Assembly: GCA_942492995.1 (NCBI GenBank)
Contig: OW818653.1
Span: 330,001-362,000 of the forward strand
DNA length: 32,000 nt
Direction: 5' to 3'
Origin: an uncultured Erysipelotrichaceae bacterium
GTDB lineage: Bacteria > Bacillota_I > Bacilli_A > Erysipelotrichales > Erysipelotrichaceae
Shown here: piece after piece, positions 1-8,708 of the stretch
Position numbering within the stretch: the stretch's first letter is position 1
Layout: every line of letters starts with the position of its first letter
Program-made: the position numbers and the translations under genes
The notes under the pieces: model-generated
What the model saw: only the letters and a program-made list of their open reading frames with translations
Database searches by the model: none
What the model was told of the DNA's origin: nothing

Positions 1-600
1 AGAAAACTCATTTTCTTAGCATTAAGCATCAATTTATTTAGTTCTGGTGTCTATCATTTATTCTTACCATTTACCGATCAAAAAGGTTTAGATATTGTCC
101 ATTATGGCTATCTAATGTCGGTTTTATCGTTAGCGGGTATTGTCGGAATGGCGATTACCGCAAGTGTCGATTTCAAACCTAAGCAACAACACCAAATCAT
201 GGTTTATGGATTTCTAATCGGTATGAGCATTGAAGCAATTGCCTATCTAAGTTCTGGATTCTATACATTAAGTATTTTGTTCTTCTTGGGTAATGTATTG
301 GGTACAATTGCGAACGCATCTTTAAACGCAGTATTGATACTCGCAATACCAAAAGAGAAACGAGCATTAGTCATTGGGTTTGTGATGGCTGGAAGTTCAG
401 GTGGAATAGCGTTATCATCATTAGGTTATGGATTATTAGCTGAATTTATCCCGTTAAGTATCTTAGGCGCAAGTGGTATGGTAATCGCATTAGTTCCGAT
501 GATGTTGCTGGGATTTGATCGAAGAGTTAAAGCATTATTTCTTAAACAAGAAATAGTTAGTGAATCATTGGTTGAACAACTAAGCCAATCAAGCAATTAA
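1..600 (+). CDS. MFS-type permease, C-terminal part (5' end lies upstream of the window)
   Basis: Frame 1 is open from base 1 (RKLIFLALSINLFSSGVYHLF...) and runs into tracked ORF 115..600. The product is a run of hydrophobic helices with G/A-rich loops, typical of the second half of a major-facilitator permease. Stop TAA 598..600. Confidence 0.65.
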   Translation, partial: RKLIFLALSINLFSSGVYHLFLPFTDQKGLDIVHYGYLMSVLSLAGIVGMAITASVDFKPKQQHQIMVYGFLIGMSIEAIAYLSSGFYTLSILFFLGNVLGTIANASLNAVLILAIPKEKRALVIGFVMAGSSGGIALSSLGYGLLAEFIPLSILGASGMVIALVPMMLLGFDRRVKALFLKQEIVSESLVEQLSQSSN

Positions 601-611
601 TAAGAGATTTG

Positions 612-640
612 TTGACACGATAATAGGGTTAAGCTAAAAT
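612..640 (+). promoter_or_regulatory. sigma-A type promoter in front of the antiporter leader
   Basis: -35 TTGACA (612..617), exact 17-nt spacer, -10 TAAAAT (635..640). Near-consensus spacing and hexamers. Confidence 0.5.
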
Positions 641-681
641 TCTATTGGGAATGAATGTCTCCCATCGAAAGAAAACCGCGT

Positions 682-726
682 AAAGCTGATGACTTCTGTT
701 TTTTTAACAGAGCATCAGCTTTTTTT
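682..726 (+). terminator. Intrinsic terminator / attenuator between the promoter and the antiporter RBS
   Basis: AAAGCTGATG (682..691) pairs perfectly with CATCAGCTTT (713..722). An inner stem TTCTGTT/AACAGAG, a 2-nt bulge and a TTTTT loop complete the hairpin. A T-run extends to 726. GGAGG RBS (727..731) and ATG 738 follow immediately. Confidence 0.7.
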
Positions 727-737
727 GGAGGAAAACT

Positions 738-1925
738 ATGTTAGTAAGTTTATCGCTCATGTTGTTACTGGGATTTGCATTAAGTGGAATATTTAAAATG
801 CTTAATTTACCAGGTTTAATTGGTATGATCCTTGCTGGTATTATCTTAGGACCCTATAGTTTAAATCTAATCAGTCCATCTCTTTTAACAATCGCAGCTG
901 AATTAAGACAAATTGCACTTATTGTAATTCTTCTTAGAGCAGGATTAAGTTTAGACCTTAAAGACTTATCAAAAGTTGGAAGACCTGCTTTTCTAATGAG
1001 TTTTCTACCTGCACTTTTTGAAATGGGAATGATTATACTAATTGCGCCAAAACTATTAAATATAACAATATTAGATGCGGCAATATTAGGTGCTGTTCTT
1101 GCAGCAGTTTCTCCAGCTGTTGTTGTACCTAGGATGTTACATCTTATGCAAGAAGGATATGGACATAAAAATAAGATACCTCAACTCATTATGGCTGGCG
1201 CAAGTCTCGATGATATCTTTGTCATAATACTTTTTACTTCATTTATTACCTTAAGACAAGGTCAATCAATCGATTTATCACTGTTTACTTCATTACCACT
1301 TTCAATCATTACAGGTATTGGATTTGGGTTTCTTATAGGTTACTTATTTGTCTTAATATTCAAAAAGATACACATGCGCGATACCATAAAAGTTTTACTC
1401 TTACTTAGTATTTCATTCTTAGTGTTAGGATTGGAAAAAACCATCTCAAATGTAATCCCATTCTCAGCACTACTTGCGGTTATGTCAATGGGCATAAGTA
1501 TTCTTCGTTTCTATCCTGTTCTTGCCCAACGCATCACTTCGAAATTCTCAAAGATTTGGGTCGCATCTGAAGTGTTTCTATTTATCTTAGTTGGTGCAGT
1601 CGTAAATCTAGCTAGTCTTCAATCGTATGTTTGGTTAATTATAATCGTTCTTATATTAGGACTAATCTCTCGTTTTATTGGTGTACAAACATGTTTAATA
1701 AAATCGAATTTTACATCAAAAGAACGATTATTTACGGGTATTGCATATATTCCTAAGGCAACTGTTCAAGCAGCGATTGGATCTATTCCGCTTACTCTAG
1801 GATTTAGTTCAGGAAATATCATTCTAAGTTCTGCAGTATTAGCGATATTAATCACTGCACCACTTGGCGCAATTGGAATCGATTTATTAAGCTCTAAATT
1901 ACTTACTAAAGACAAAAAGTATTAG
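738..1925 (+). CDS. Cation:proton antiporter (Na+/H+ exchanger, CPA superfamily)
   Basis: 395-aa polytopic membrane protein with strong RBS GGAGG. N-terminal LPGLIGMILAGIILGP and later LLRAGLSLD, MAGASLDD segments are typical of Na_H_Exchanger-fold antiporters. Confidence 0.85.
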   Translation: MLVSLSLMLLLGFALSGIFKMLNLPGLIGMILAGIILGPYSLNLISPSLLTIAAELRQIALIVILLRAGLSLDLKDLSKVGRPAFLMSFLPALFEMGMIILIAPKLLNITILDAAILGAVLAAVSPAVVVPRMLHLMQEGYGHKNKIPQLIMAGASLDDIFVIILFTSFITLRQGQSIDLSLFTSLPLSIITGIGFGFLIGYLFVLIFKKIHMRDTIKVLLLLSISFLVLGLEKTISNVIPFSALLAVMSMGISILRFYPVLAQRITSKFSKIWVASEVFLFILVGAVVNLASLQSYVWLIIIVLILGLISRFIGVQTCLIKSNFTSKERLFTGIAYIPKATVQAAIGSIPLTLGFSSGNIILSSAVLAILITAPLGAIGIDLLSSKLLTKDKKY

Positions 1926-1963
1926 ATATAATGTTGTACAATATTACCATAAAGAGGTACGTT

Positions 1964-2707
1964 ATGAACTCAATCTTAGAAAGCTTATATCACCGTAAAT
2001 CAACTCGTGTTTTTACTAAAGAAACAGTACCAAATGAAATCAAAAACCAATTGATAGAAGCTGCGATGCAAGCTCCTTCGGCTGGTAATATGCATCTTTA
2101 TTCAATTATTGATATTCAAGATGAAAATATTAAAAAGCTATTAGCAGAAAGTTGTGATCATCAAGCATTTATTGCGGAAGCACCACTCGTTTTTATTTTC
2201 TGTGCAGATTATAATCGTGCTTGGCAGGGGATGAAACATTTTATTGATAAGGATGCTAGAGTTCCAGAAGTTGGAGATATGTTCTTAGCGATGAGTGATG
2301 CGCTGATTTGTGCTCAAAATATGGTTGTAGCGGCAGAATCATTAGGATTAGGTTCATGTTATATCGGTGATATCTTAGAGAATTATGAATATCATCGTGA
2401 TTTGTTAAAATTACCTGTTGCGGTATGGCCAATTTGTATGTTAGTCATTGGTTATCCTACAACCCAACAAAAGGATAGACCAAAGCCAAAACGCTTTGAT
2501 CCTAACTTCGTATTACATACTAATTCTTATCAATCATTTGATACAATTAAGCACCAAAACCACATCAATTTATTCTTCTTAAATCATCCTAAAAAACTAA
2601 ATGAAAAAGATTATTATACTGACCTCTATAAACGTAAATATACGTCTGATTTCACAGAAGAAATGAATCGAAGTGTTTCTATCATGTTAGATTCATTGAA
2701 AAAATAG
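1964..2707 (+). CDS. Nitroreductase family protein (FMN-dependent NAD(P)H oxidoreductase)
   Basis: N-terminal HRKSTRVF motif, PSAGNMH, and the SCYIGD region are typical of the nitroreductase fold. I place the start at ATG 1964 (MNSILESLY), preceded by AAAGAGG, rather than at the tracked 1931. Confidence 0.85.
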   Translation: MNSILESLYHRKSTRVFTKETVPNEIKNQLIEAAMQAPSAGNMHLYSIIDIQDENIKKLLAESCDHQAFIAEAPLVFIFCADYNRAWQGMKHFIDKDARVPEVGDMFLAMSDALICAQNMVVAAESLGLGSCYIGDILENYEYHRDLLKLPVAVWPICMLVIGYPTTQQKDRPKPKRFDPNFVLHTNSYQSFDTIKHQNHINLFFLNHPKKLNEKDYYTDLYKRKYTSDFTEEMNRSVSIMLDSLKK

Positions 2708-2801
2708 AGTAGTATTATAACGAATTAACTAATTATTGATTATTTAGAACATACATACGGATATTATGCTTTATTTTAAGCATATTTATGAATGATTAAA
2801 G

Positions 2802-2830
2802 TTGTAATTACATTACTTATGGATTAGTAT
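2802..2830 (+). promoter_or_regulatory. Candidate promoter of the minor-pilin/pilC/pilMNO operon
   Basis: TTGTAA (2802..2807), 17-nt spacer, TAGTAT (2825..2830), in the AT-rich 170-nt gap upstream of ATG 2878. Hexamers are only moderately good. Confidence 0.3.
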
Positions 2831-2877
2831 TAGTTTAGATAAGTATTATTAATTCACAAAGAAAAGAGTTTTAATGT

Positions 2878-3291
2878 ATGAGAAACAAGAAGGGATTAAC
2901 TCTTGTAGAAGTAGTGGTAGCCATGGGATTATTTGGTATCATCATGGTTGCACTTTTCCCTGCTTTTTTAATAACGAATTTAATGAATATTGTTTCTGGT
3001 GAATTTACTGATGCGAACTATCATGTACAGACTGAAATGGAAGAAGTTTATAATGCTAGTAAAACAGCAGGCGCTACACCAACGAGTGTATTAACTTCGT
3101 TAGGATATGTATGTGTATCTACAACGTGTACAAAAGACGAAGGCGATTATCATTATATTGCGACTTATTCAACAAATTCCCAAGTCGCAACAGTCACTAA
3201 TTTAGTTATTATTGTTTCAAAACCAACTGCAGATCCTGATTATGGAAAGGATCGCGCTGAATTAGAACTATATCTAAGGTTTGGTAGTTAG
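2878..3291 (+). CDS. Minor (pseudo)pilin with prepilin-type N-terminal cleavage/methylation signal
   Basis: MRNKKG|LTLVEVVVAMGLFGIIMV has a short basic leader, Gly, Glu at +5 and a hydrophobic helix. The small C-terminal globular part has a Cys pair (CVSTTC). Confidence 0.8.
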   Translation: MRNKKGLTLVEVVVAMGLFGIIMVALFPAFLITNLMNIVSGEFTDANYHVQTEMEEVYNASKTAGATPTSVLTSLGYVCVSTTCTKDEGDYHYIATYSTNSQVATVTNLVIIVSKPTADPDYGKDRAELELYLRFGS

Positions 3292-3292
3292 T

Positions 3293-3742
3293 ATGCGTAA
3301 TAAATCAAAAGGTTTCACTTTAATTGAATTAGTTATTGCGTTCTCAATTATCGTAATCGTATTTGGTATTTTATCTAATTTAGTTGGTTTCTCTACAAAA
3401 TTCTTTAGAGATGAAAATACACAAGTTGCGACTCAAGAATCATTAAGACTTGTTGCTGTGAATTTCGAAAAAGATGTAAGGAAGTATGCTTTAAGTTCAA
3501 CACAAATAACTCAAAGTTCTGATTGTTATACATTAGGGACAACTGTTACATATTGTTATGTATCAGCGAATAAAGAAATTACAAGAAATGGAAATGTAAT
3601 TGCAAGTGGAATATCAAGTTTCTCATTGACTCTCACTAATACTAATTATATTCGATTCAATATATTGACTATACAAGATGCTCGTGGAAATTCAAATGAC
3701 CTTGTAATGGATATATATTATCGTACGGAAAGGGCTGGTTAA
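3293..3742 (+). CDS. Minor pilin, PilW/GspJ-like
   Basis: MRNKSKG|FTLIELVIAFSIIVIVFGIL is a class III signal. ITRNGNVIASGISSFSLT resembles the GspJ/PulJ-type beta region. ATG 3293 is preferred over the tracked TTG 3281. The upstream stop is at 3289..3291. Confidence 0.8.
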   Translation: MRNKSKGFTLIELVIAFSIIVIVFGILSNLVGFSTKFFRDENTQVATQESLRLVAVNFEKDVRKYALSSTQITQSSDCYTLGTTVTYCYVSANKEITRNGNVIASGISSFSLTLTNTNYIRFNILTIQDARGNSNDLVMDIYYRTERAG

Positions 3743-3744
3743 TT

Positions 3745-5280
3745 ATGCGTAATAAGACATTAAATAATAAAGGTGTTGCGTTAGTTACAGTTGTTTTAAT
3801 TTTCCTTGTTTTAGTAATCCTCTTAGCGGGAGTTATGTTTGCGTCTGTTTCTAACCAAAAAAATTCATTAGTCTCAAAAGATAATACTTCATCATATTAC
3901 ACGGCTGAATCAGGCTTAAATGTAACGATTGATAAATTAGATAAGTTTTTAACAGATAACAATTATAATTCTATACCAATGGGTCAGTACACTACTAAAA
4001 TGGATGCACTTAATACATTCATAACAACTGATCTTAATGGAGATACTGCTAACTTAACAAGTATTAACCCACAAGGTTCATATACGATTCAAGCAACTGT
4101 TGGAACAGGTAATACATATACAATAAGATCTGTTGGCACAGTAAACGGCATTACAAGAACAGTAGAAGGCACATTTAGTTTTACTCCTATAATGGAAAAT
4201 AAAGCGAAAGCAATCATTGCTAAATCTACCATAGATTCAAAAAATGGCACAATTGTTGGGCCGATAGCAAGTTTATTAAGCCCTGCTGGTAGTGATATCG
4301 CGATTACATGTAATGGTAGTAGTGGTACGAATATTAGTGAAGTTTATTATCCACAACCATTACCATCAGGTTCTACAGTTTCAATTGATAATAAATGTGC
4401 AGGAACAAAAACACCATTTGATGTTGATGAAACCGTAATTTTTAATGATTTTACATTACCAACTTATTATACGAATACAGATACAGTAGTTGTTGGTGGG
4501 GTTACGAAAAATGTATTAGTTACAATTACTCCTACATCAAATGTATATACTTTCCCAGCTTTAACAGAAGGACAAGTTGGTTATTATATTGCTAAACTAC
4601 CTACAACAAGTGTTACATTTAACTTAGGTACCGGATCAACCAGTGCTATCTATAGTTTATTTGTTGGTGATGTTGATGTAAGCAGTAATACCAATCTTGG
4701 TGTTGGAAACATTGAAGTTACTGGTAATGGTAAGCTAAAAATGATGATGACAATAGATTCAAATGACTATAGTAATCCTAACAGTGCATATCAATTTACA
4801 TGGAATGCGAATGTTAATAATAGTTTGTTAACTGCAACTAATCCAGATATTTCAAAGTTTCAATTAGTAATTAAAAGAGGTAGTGGATTCGCATCTAATT
4901 TTTACCCAACATTCTCTATAACTAATTCAAATGTATTTGTAGGTAGTTTAATGATGGATTATATAAATATAAGTTTTGGTAATTTTAATTACAAAGGATT
5001 TATTGCGACATTAGGTAAGAGCATTACAATTTCATCAAACAGTGATATTTCTGGACCAATGTGGATATATGCGCCTTATGCCAATGTAAGTTTATCTTCT
5101 AATGGAGTTGTTAATGGAGCGATTATTGCAAATTCTGTAGAATTTGACTCTGGAGCTACATTAAAATATATGCAATATACAGGACCGTTACCTCCTGAAC
5201 TCTCACTTCCTTTATTTATTGGTGGGGAACCTGTTCCAGTTGGGATAACGTTTAAGTTTACGAACTTTAGAGAAGTCTAA
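3745..5280 (+). CDS. Large PilX-type minor pilin / putative pilus tip protein (511 aa)
   Basis: MRNKTLNNKG|VALVTVVLIFLVLVILLAGVMF followed by YYTAESGLN matches the PilX N-terminal pattern (no Glu at +5). A long T/S/N/G-rich extracellular part follows. Confidence 0.7.
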   Translation: MRNKTLNNKGVALVTVVLIFLVLVILLAGVMFASVSNQKNSLVSKDNTSSYYTAESGLNVTIDKLDKFLTDNNYNSIPMGQYTTKMDALNTFITTDLNGDTANLTSINPQGSYTIQATVGTGNTYTIRSVGTVNGITRTVEGTFSFTPIMENKAKAIIAKSTIDSKNGTIVGPIASLLSPAGSDIAITCNGSSGTNISEVYYPQPLPSGSTVSIDNKCAGTKTPFDVDETVIFNDFTLPTYYTNTDTVVVGGVTKNVLVTITPTSNVYTFPALTEGQVGYYIAKLPTTSVTFNLGTGSTSAIYSLFVGDVDVSSNTNLGVGNIEVTGNGKLKMMMTIDSNDYSNPNSAYQFTWNANVNNSLLTATNPDISKFQLVIKRGSGFASNFYPTFSITNSNVFVGSLMMDYINISFGNFNYKGFIATLGKSITISSNSDISGPMWIYAPYANVSLSSNGVVNGAIIANSVEFDSGATLKYMQYTGPLPPELSLPLFIGGEPVPVGITFKFTNFREV

Positions 5281-5291
5281 AAGGGGGCAGC

Positions 5292-6482
5292 ATGAAGAGT
5301 TATCATATTACAGCTGTTGATTCTAATGGAAGAACAATTGAAGACATTATTACTGCTGAAAATGATCAAGAATTAACTCAAATTATAAAAAGCAAAGCAT
5401 TGTTCCTTTTAGAGTATAAGGAAGGTGTTTCGACCTCTGATTCTCTGACAAAGTTAAATTTAAAAAGTATTGTCGTATTTTGTCGCCAGTTGGGGACAAT
5501 GGTTGGTGCTGGTATTCCTATTGTGCAAGCACTTGATATGCTGCAATCAAAAGCTGTTAATAAAAAAGCAAGACAAGTATTTCGTAATATTTACGAAGAA
5601 GTTCAAAAGGGGAATTCATTGTCAAAAGCAATGCAACTTCAAAGAGGCGCATTTCCTGAGTTATTAACAAACATGGTTATGGCGGGTGAATTAGGTGGTA
5701 CTTTAGATAAGAGTTTAGGAAGAATGTCTGTTCATTTTGAAAAAGAACAGAAATTGAACAATAAAGTTAAATCTGCTAGTATTTATCCTGCAATATTAGG
5801 AGTTGTATCTGTTTCAGTAGTATTGATGTTAGTCACATTTGTACTACCAACGATTACAGGAATGTTTCCATCTGAAAATTTACCTTGGACTACAGCGCTT
5901 ATATTAGGGTTTAGTAATTTTATAACTCAAAATTATATTTCGATTATTGGAACAATATTAATTTCAATTGTTGGGTTCAGATTATTACTTAATGTTAGGT
6001 CTGTTAAGATACAAGTTGATAAATTAAAACTATTGTTACCAATATTTGGCCCTTTAAATCAAACAATTTATTCTGCGCGTTGTGCTCGTGCACTTGCTTC
6101 TCTTTATGCAAGTGGTGTACAGACCATTGAAATGTTGGAAACAACTTCAAGAGTACTAAATAATACGTATTTAGAAGATTCTTTTTCGGATGTTATTACT
6201 GATGTTAGTAAAGGGGAATATATTTCAAAGGCAATTGCGGCTACTGGATCATTTGATCCAATGTTGTCTTCGATGATTTATATTGGTGAAGAATCTGGTT
6301 CACTTGGTGATATTTTGAATAGTACCGCTGATTATTTTGATGATGAAGCAGATGCTGCACTACAAAGAATGATCTCAATGTTTGAACCTATTATGTTGAT
6401 TGTATTAGGCGTAATTATTGGATTTATCGTAGTATCAATCATTCAACCAATCTTTCAGATGTACGAATCCATTGGCAACTAA
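5292..6482 (+). CDS. pilC: Type IV pilus platform protein PilC (GspF/T2SS-F family)
   Basis: 396 aa with two repeated T2SSF-like halves (FCRQLGTMVGAGIPIVQAL... and CARALASLYASGVQTIEML...) and three TM segments. RBS AAGGGGG. Confidence 0.95.
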   Translation: MKSYHITAVDSNGRTIEDIITAENDQELTQIIKSKALFLLEYKEGVSTSDSLTKLNLKSIVVFCRQLGTMVGAGIPIVQALDMLQSKAVNKKARQVFRNIYEEVQKGNSLSKAMQLQRGAFPELLTNMVMAGELGGTLDKSLGRMSVHFEKEQKLNNKVKSASIYPAILGVVSVSVVLMLVTFVLPTITGMFPSENLPWTTALILGFSNFITQNYISIIGTILISIVGFRLLLNVRSVKIQVDKLKLLLPIFGPLNQTIYSARCARALASLYASGVQTIEMLETTSRVLNNTYLEDSFSDVITDVSKGEYISKAIAATGSFDPMLSSMIYIGEESGSLGDILNSTADYFDDEADAALQRMISMFEPIMLIVLGVIIGFIVVSIIQPIFQMYESIGN

Positions 6483-6500
6483 TGGAAGGGGGAATAAAAA

Positions 6501-7397
6501 ATGGCATTATCAATCGAAATTCGTAATGGTTTTGTTTATTTGGTAGAGGCGAGAACTACCAAGACAAGTGTTGGGGTTCAGAAAACACATTATTATAGTT
6601 TCCCAGAAGAGTGGGTAACTGAAACAGGGGTTAATAACCCAGAAGGATTTTCTTCTCTTTTGATGCAACATTTAAGAGAACAAAACATGAAGGACAAAAA
6701 GGCTTTCATTTGCATAAATAACAGTTCAGTTATTTATCGTGAATTGAACTTGCCAAGGGTAGATGACCGTAAAATTCCACTCCTTGTTAGAAGTGAAATG
6801 ATGAGTGCTTTAAACCTAACACCTGATTATATTATGGATTATGTCTATTTGAATGAAGTCGAAAGTGATGGTGCAATGTACTATCGAGTTTTAGGTGTTG
6901 CGATGTTACGATCAGCAATTGAAAGTATTTTGGATGTTGCAAAACGTTGTCACTTACAAGTGCAAGTCATAGATTCTGCAACAAACTCAATTCTTAAACT
7001 TGTTCAAGATAATAAACTTATTCAGGAATCAGATCAATTAATTATAGCGGATGTTGGAAACGGGCATTTAAAACTGTATCTCTATGAAAACGGAGAATAT
7101 GCTCTATCAAGAAATAATAAAATAATGGCATACAATGAAACATCATCAGATGAAATCATATCAACGATCGTTGATAATATTAACAAAATGGTTCAATTCT
7201 CGTATACAAGAAGATTAGGAACTGATTCTAAACGTGTTGTTTTATGTGGAATAGATGAGTTGCTAGAAGAATTACAGAAACAAGTGAGTGAAAACCTGTT
7301 GATTGAATGTGAAATCCTAAAGAAGCCACATTTTGTGAATGGTGTTAAGTATGAAAATCGTTATGTGAATGCCATCGGAACATTGTTAAGGAAGTGA
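6501..7397 (+). CDS. pilM: Type IV pilus assembly protein PilM (actin-like ATPase fold)
   Basis: 298-aa cytoplasmic protein. Its position directly upstream of PilN/PilO-like genes and the LSIEIRNGFVYLVE..., IIADVGNGHLKLYLYENG segments fit PilM_2. RBS GAAGGGGG. Confidence 0.8.
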   Translation: MALSIEIRNGFVYLVEARTTKTSVGVQKTHYYSFPEEWVTETGVNNPEGFSSLLMQHLREQNMKDKKAFICINNSSVIYRELNLPRVDDRKIPLLVRSEMMSALNLTPDYIMDYVYLNEVESDGAMYYRVLGVAMLRSAIESILDVAKRCHLQVQVIDSATNSILKLVQDNKLIQESDQLIIADVGNGHLKLYLYENGEYALSRNNKIMAYNETSSDEIISTIVDNINKMVQFSYTRRLGTDSKRVVLCGIDELLEELQKQVSENLLIECEILKKPHFVNGVKYENRYVNAIGTLLRK

Positions 7398-7972
7398 TGG
7401 AAATGAAAAAACAAGATATTAACTTATTGCTCTCTTATAAAGTTGAGCAAAAGCGTAAAGCTAATAAAATCAGTCCAGTCCGCCTCTACACCATCATACT
7501 AATTGCTGCAATATTAATAGTCGGAGCAGTTGCATTAAAATTAATGTTAGATAATATGTCTATAAAGGATGAAATTGAAGAAACACAAACATACATAAAT
7601 AGTCCAGCTGTTGTAGAAAAAATGTCTGAACTTTCAAAAGTAAACGAAAATATTAAATTATTAGCTGATATTGAGACTGAAGCATTATCTCTCAAGACAG
7701 TTATGGATTATAAACCTCGGTTTGATTCAAAAGTTCTCGATATTCTATATTATGAAAAACCAACTACATTAAAATTTACGAACATTAATTATATGACTAA
7801 TGAAGTTGAACTTGAATATACTGCGAAATATGTTTCTGATGTATCGAACTATGTTCTACATCTACAAAGAACATATAGTTTTGCGGATATATCATATGAA
7901 GGTTATACATATGATGAAGATACTGGATTATATACTGGTAGCATATTATGTTTATTGAAGGGAGGCAATTAG
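7397..7972 (+). CDS. pilN: PilN-like bitopic pilus alignment protein
   Basis: N-terminal DINLL motif followed by a single TM helix (LYTIILIAAILIVGAVALKLML) and a periplasm-side domain. The start is ambiguous (GTG 7394, ATG 7397, ATG 7403) and overlaps the pilM stop. Confidence 0.65.
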   Translation: MEMKKQDINLLLSYKVEQKRKANKISPVRLYTIILIAAILIVGAVALKLMLDNMSIKDEIEETQTYINSPAVVEKMSELSKVNENIKLLADIETEALSLKTVMDYKPRFDSKVLDILYYEKPTTLKFTNINYMTNEVELEYTAKYVSDVSNYVLHLQRTYSFADISYEGYTYDEDTGLYTGSILCLLKGGN

Positions 7973-7973
7973 C

Positions 7974-8708
7974 ATGCGAGTATCTAAACGTGAAGCATTC
8001 TTATTGTTTATCCTTGCATTTATAGGAATTATTGGGATGTTGTTTGCTTTTGTCATTTTCCCATTAATGAGCGAAATAGACGGTAATAAAATAATCTTAG
8101 ATGATCTAAGAAATCAAAAACTAGTAATTGACACATCAATTCCAAATGAAGCGAATCTAAAAAAACAACTTGAAACCAAGTTGGAAGAAGTATCTGATTT
8201 ATTACATACTTTCGAATCCCCAATTAATGAAGCGGAATTTGAACGTTGGGTATTGCCATTAACGACTAAATACAATATGCGTATATTAAGTACTAGTTTT
8301 GTAGAAGTAGCAGCAACTACTCCAATCGCATTAGATAAATTACCAACAGATGTATTCTATTCTATCCGTGAAATGGTCGATAAGTATCAATCCATTGTAA
8401 ATGAAGAAGTTGTACTTCCTGAAACTGCATCATTAGTAGAATTATCTAAACATACATATGAAGTTAAGACGACGTATGCACGTTATGTATATTTCTTAGA
8501 TGAAATTAGTAATTGGGATACTTCAATTTATGTGACTGAATCAAAATACAACTTTGAAGAAGCAATTGCTAGCTTTACATTTGATTTATATGCGATTCAT
8601 CAATTAACTCCTGATGAAGTTGTTAGAGATTATACATCTGATTACAAAGCGACTGGTACAGGTAAGGGAAATTCAAGTGAAGATCCACATCCTGAAGGTG
8701 GAAAATAA
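7974..8708 (+). CDS. pilO: PilO-like bitopic pilus alignment protein
   Basis: Short N-terminus, one TM helix (FLLFILAFIGIIGMLFAFVIFPL), a coiled-coil-like stretch, then a globular domain. The call rests on gene order after pilM-pilN. RBS GGGAGG. Confidence 0.55.
   Translation: MRVSKREAFLLFILAFIGIIGMLFAFVIFPLMSEIDGNKIILDDLRNQKLVIDTSIPNEANLKKQLETKLEEVSDLLHTFESPINEAEFERWVLPLTTKYNMRILSTSFVEVAATTPIALDKLPTDVFYSIREMVDKYQSIVNEEVVLPETASLVELSKHTYEVKTTYARYVYFLDEISNWDTSIYVTESKYNFEEAIASFTFDLYAIHQLTPDEVVRDYTSDYKATGTGKGNSSEDPHPEGGK

Noticed and set aside
641..681. A preQ1-I-like mini-aptamer (small hairpin plus A-rich tail) in the antiporter leader
   Set aside because: Its size is similar, but the loop and tail do not match the conserved preQ1-I nucleotides as I recall them. 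The downstream gene is also unrelated to queuosine metabolism. The region is kept only as a generic attenuator candidate.
2765..2784. A 7-bp hairpin TATGCTT-TATTTT-AAGCATA after the nitroreductase gene
   Set aside because: The stem is too short and AT-rich, and the U-tract is weak, so it cannot be called a terminator or operator with any confidence.
5470..5667. 65-aa plus-strand ORF inside pilC (alternative frame)
   Set aside because: It lies entirely within the well-supported pilC frame, has no RBS, and has a Cys/Leu/Lys-rich low-complexity composition typical of an out-of-frame AT-rich translation.
7486..7695. 69-aa antisense ORF inside pilN
   Set aside because: It is embedded opposite a supported gene and has no RBS and no recognisable motif. 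It is a chance ORF in AT-rich DNA.
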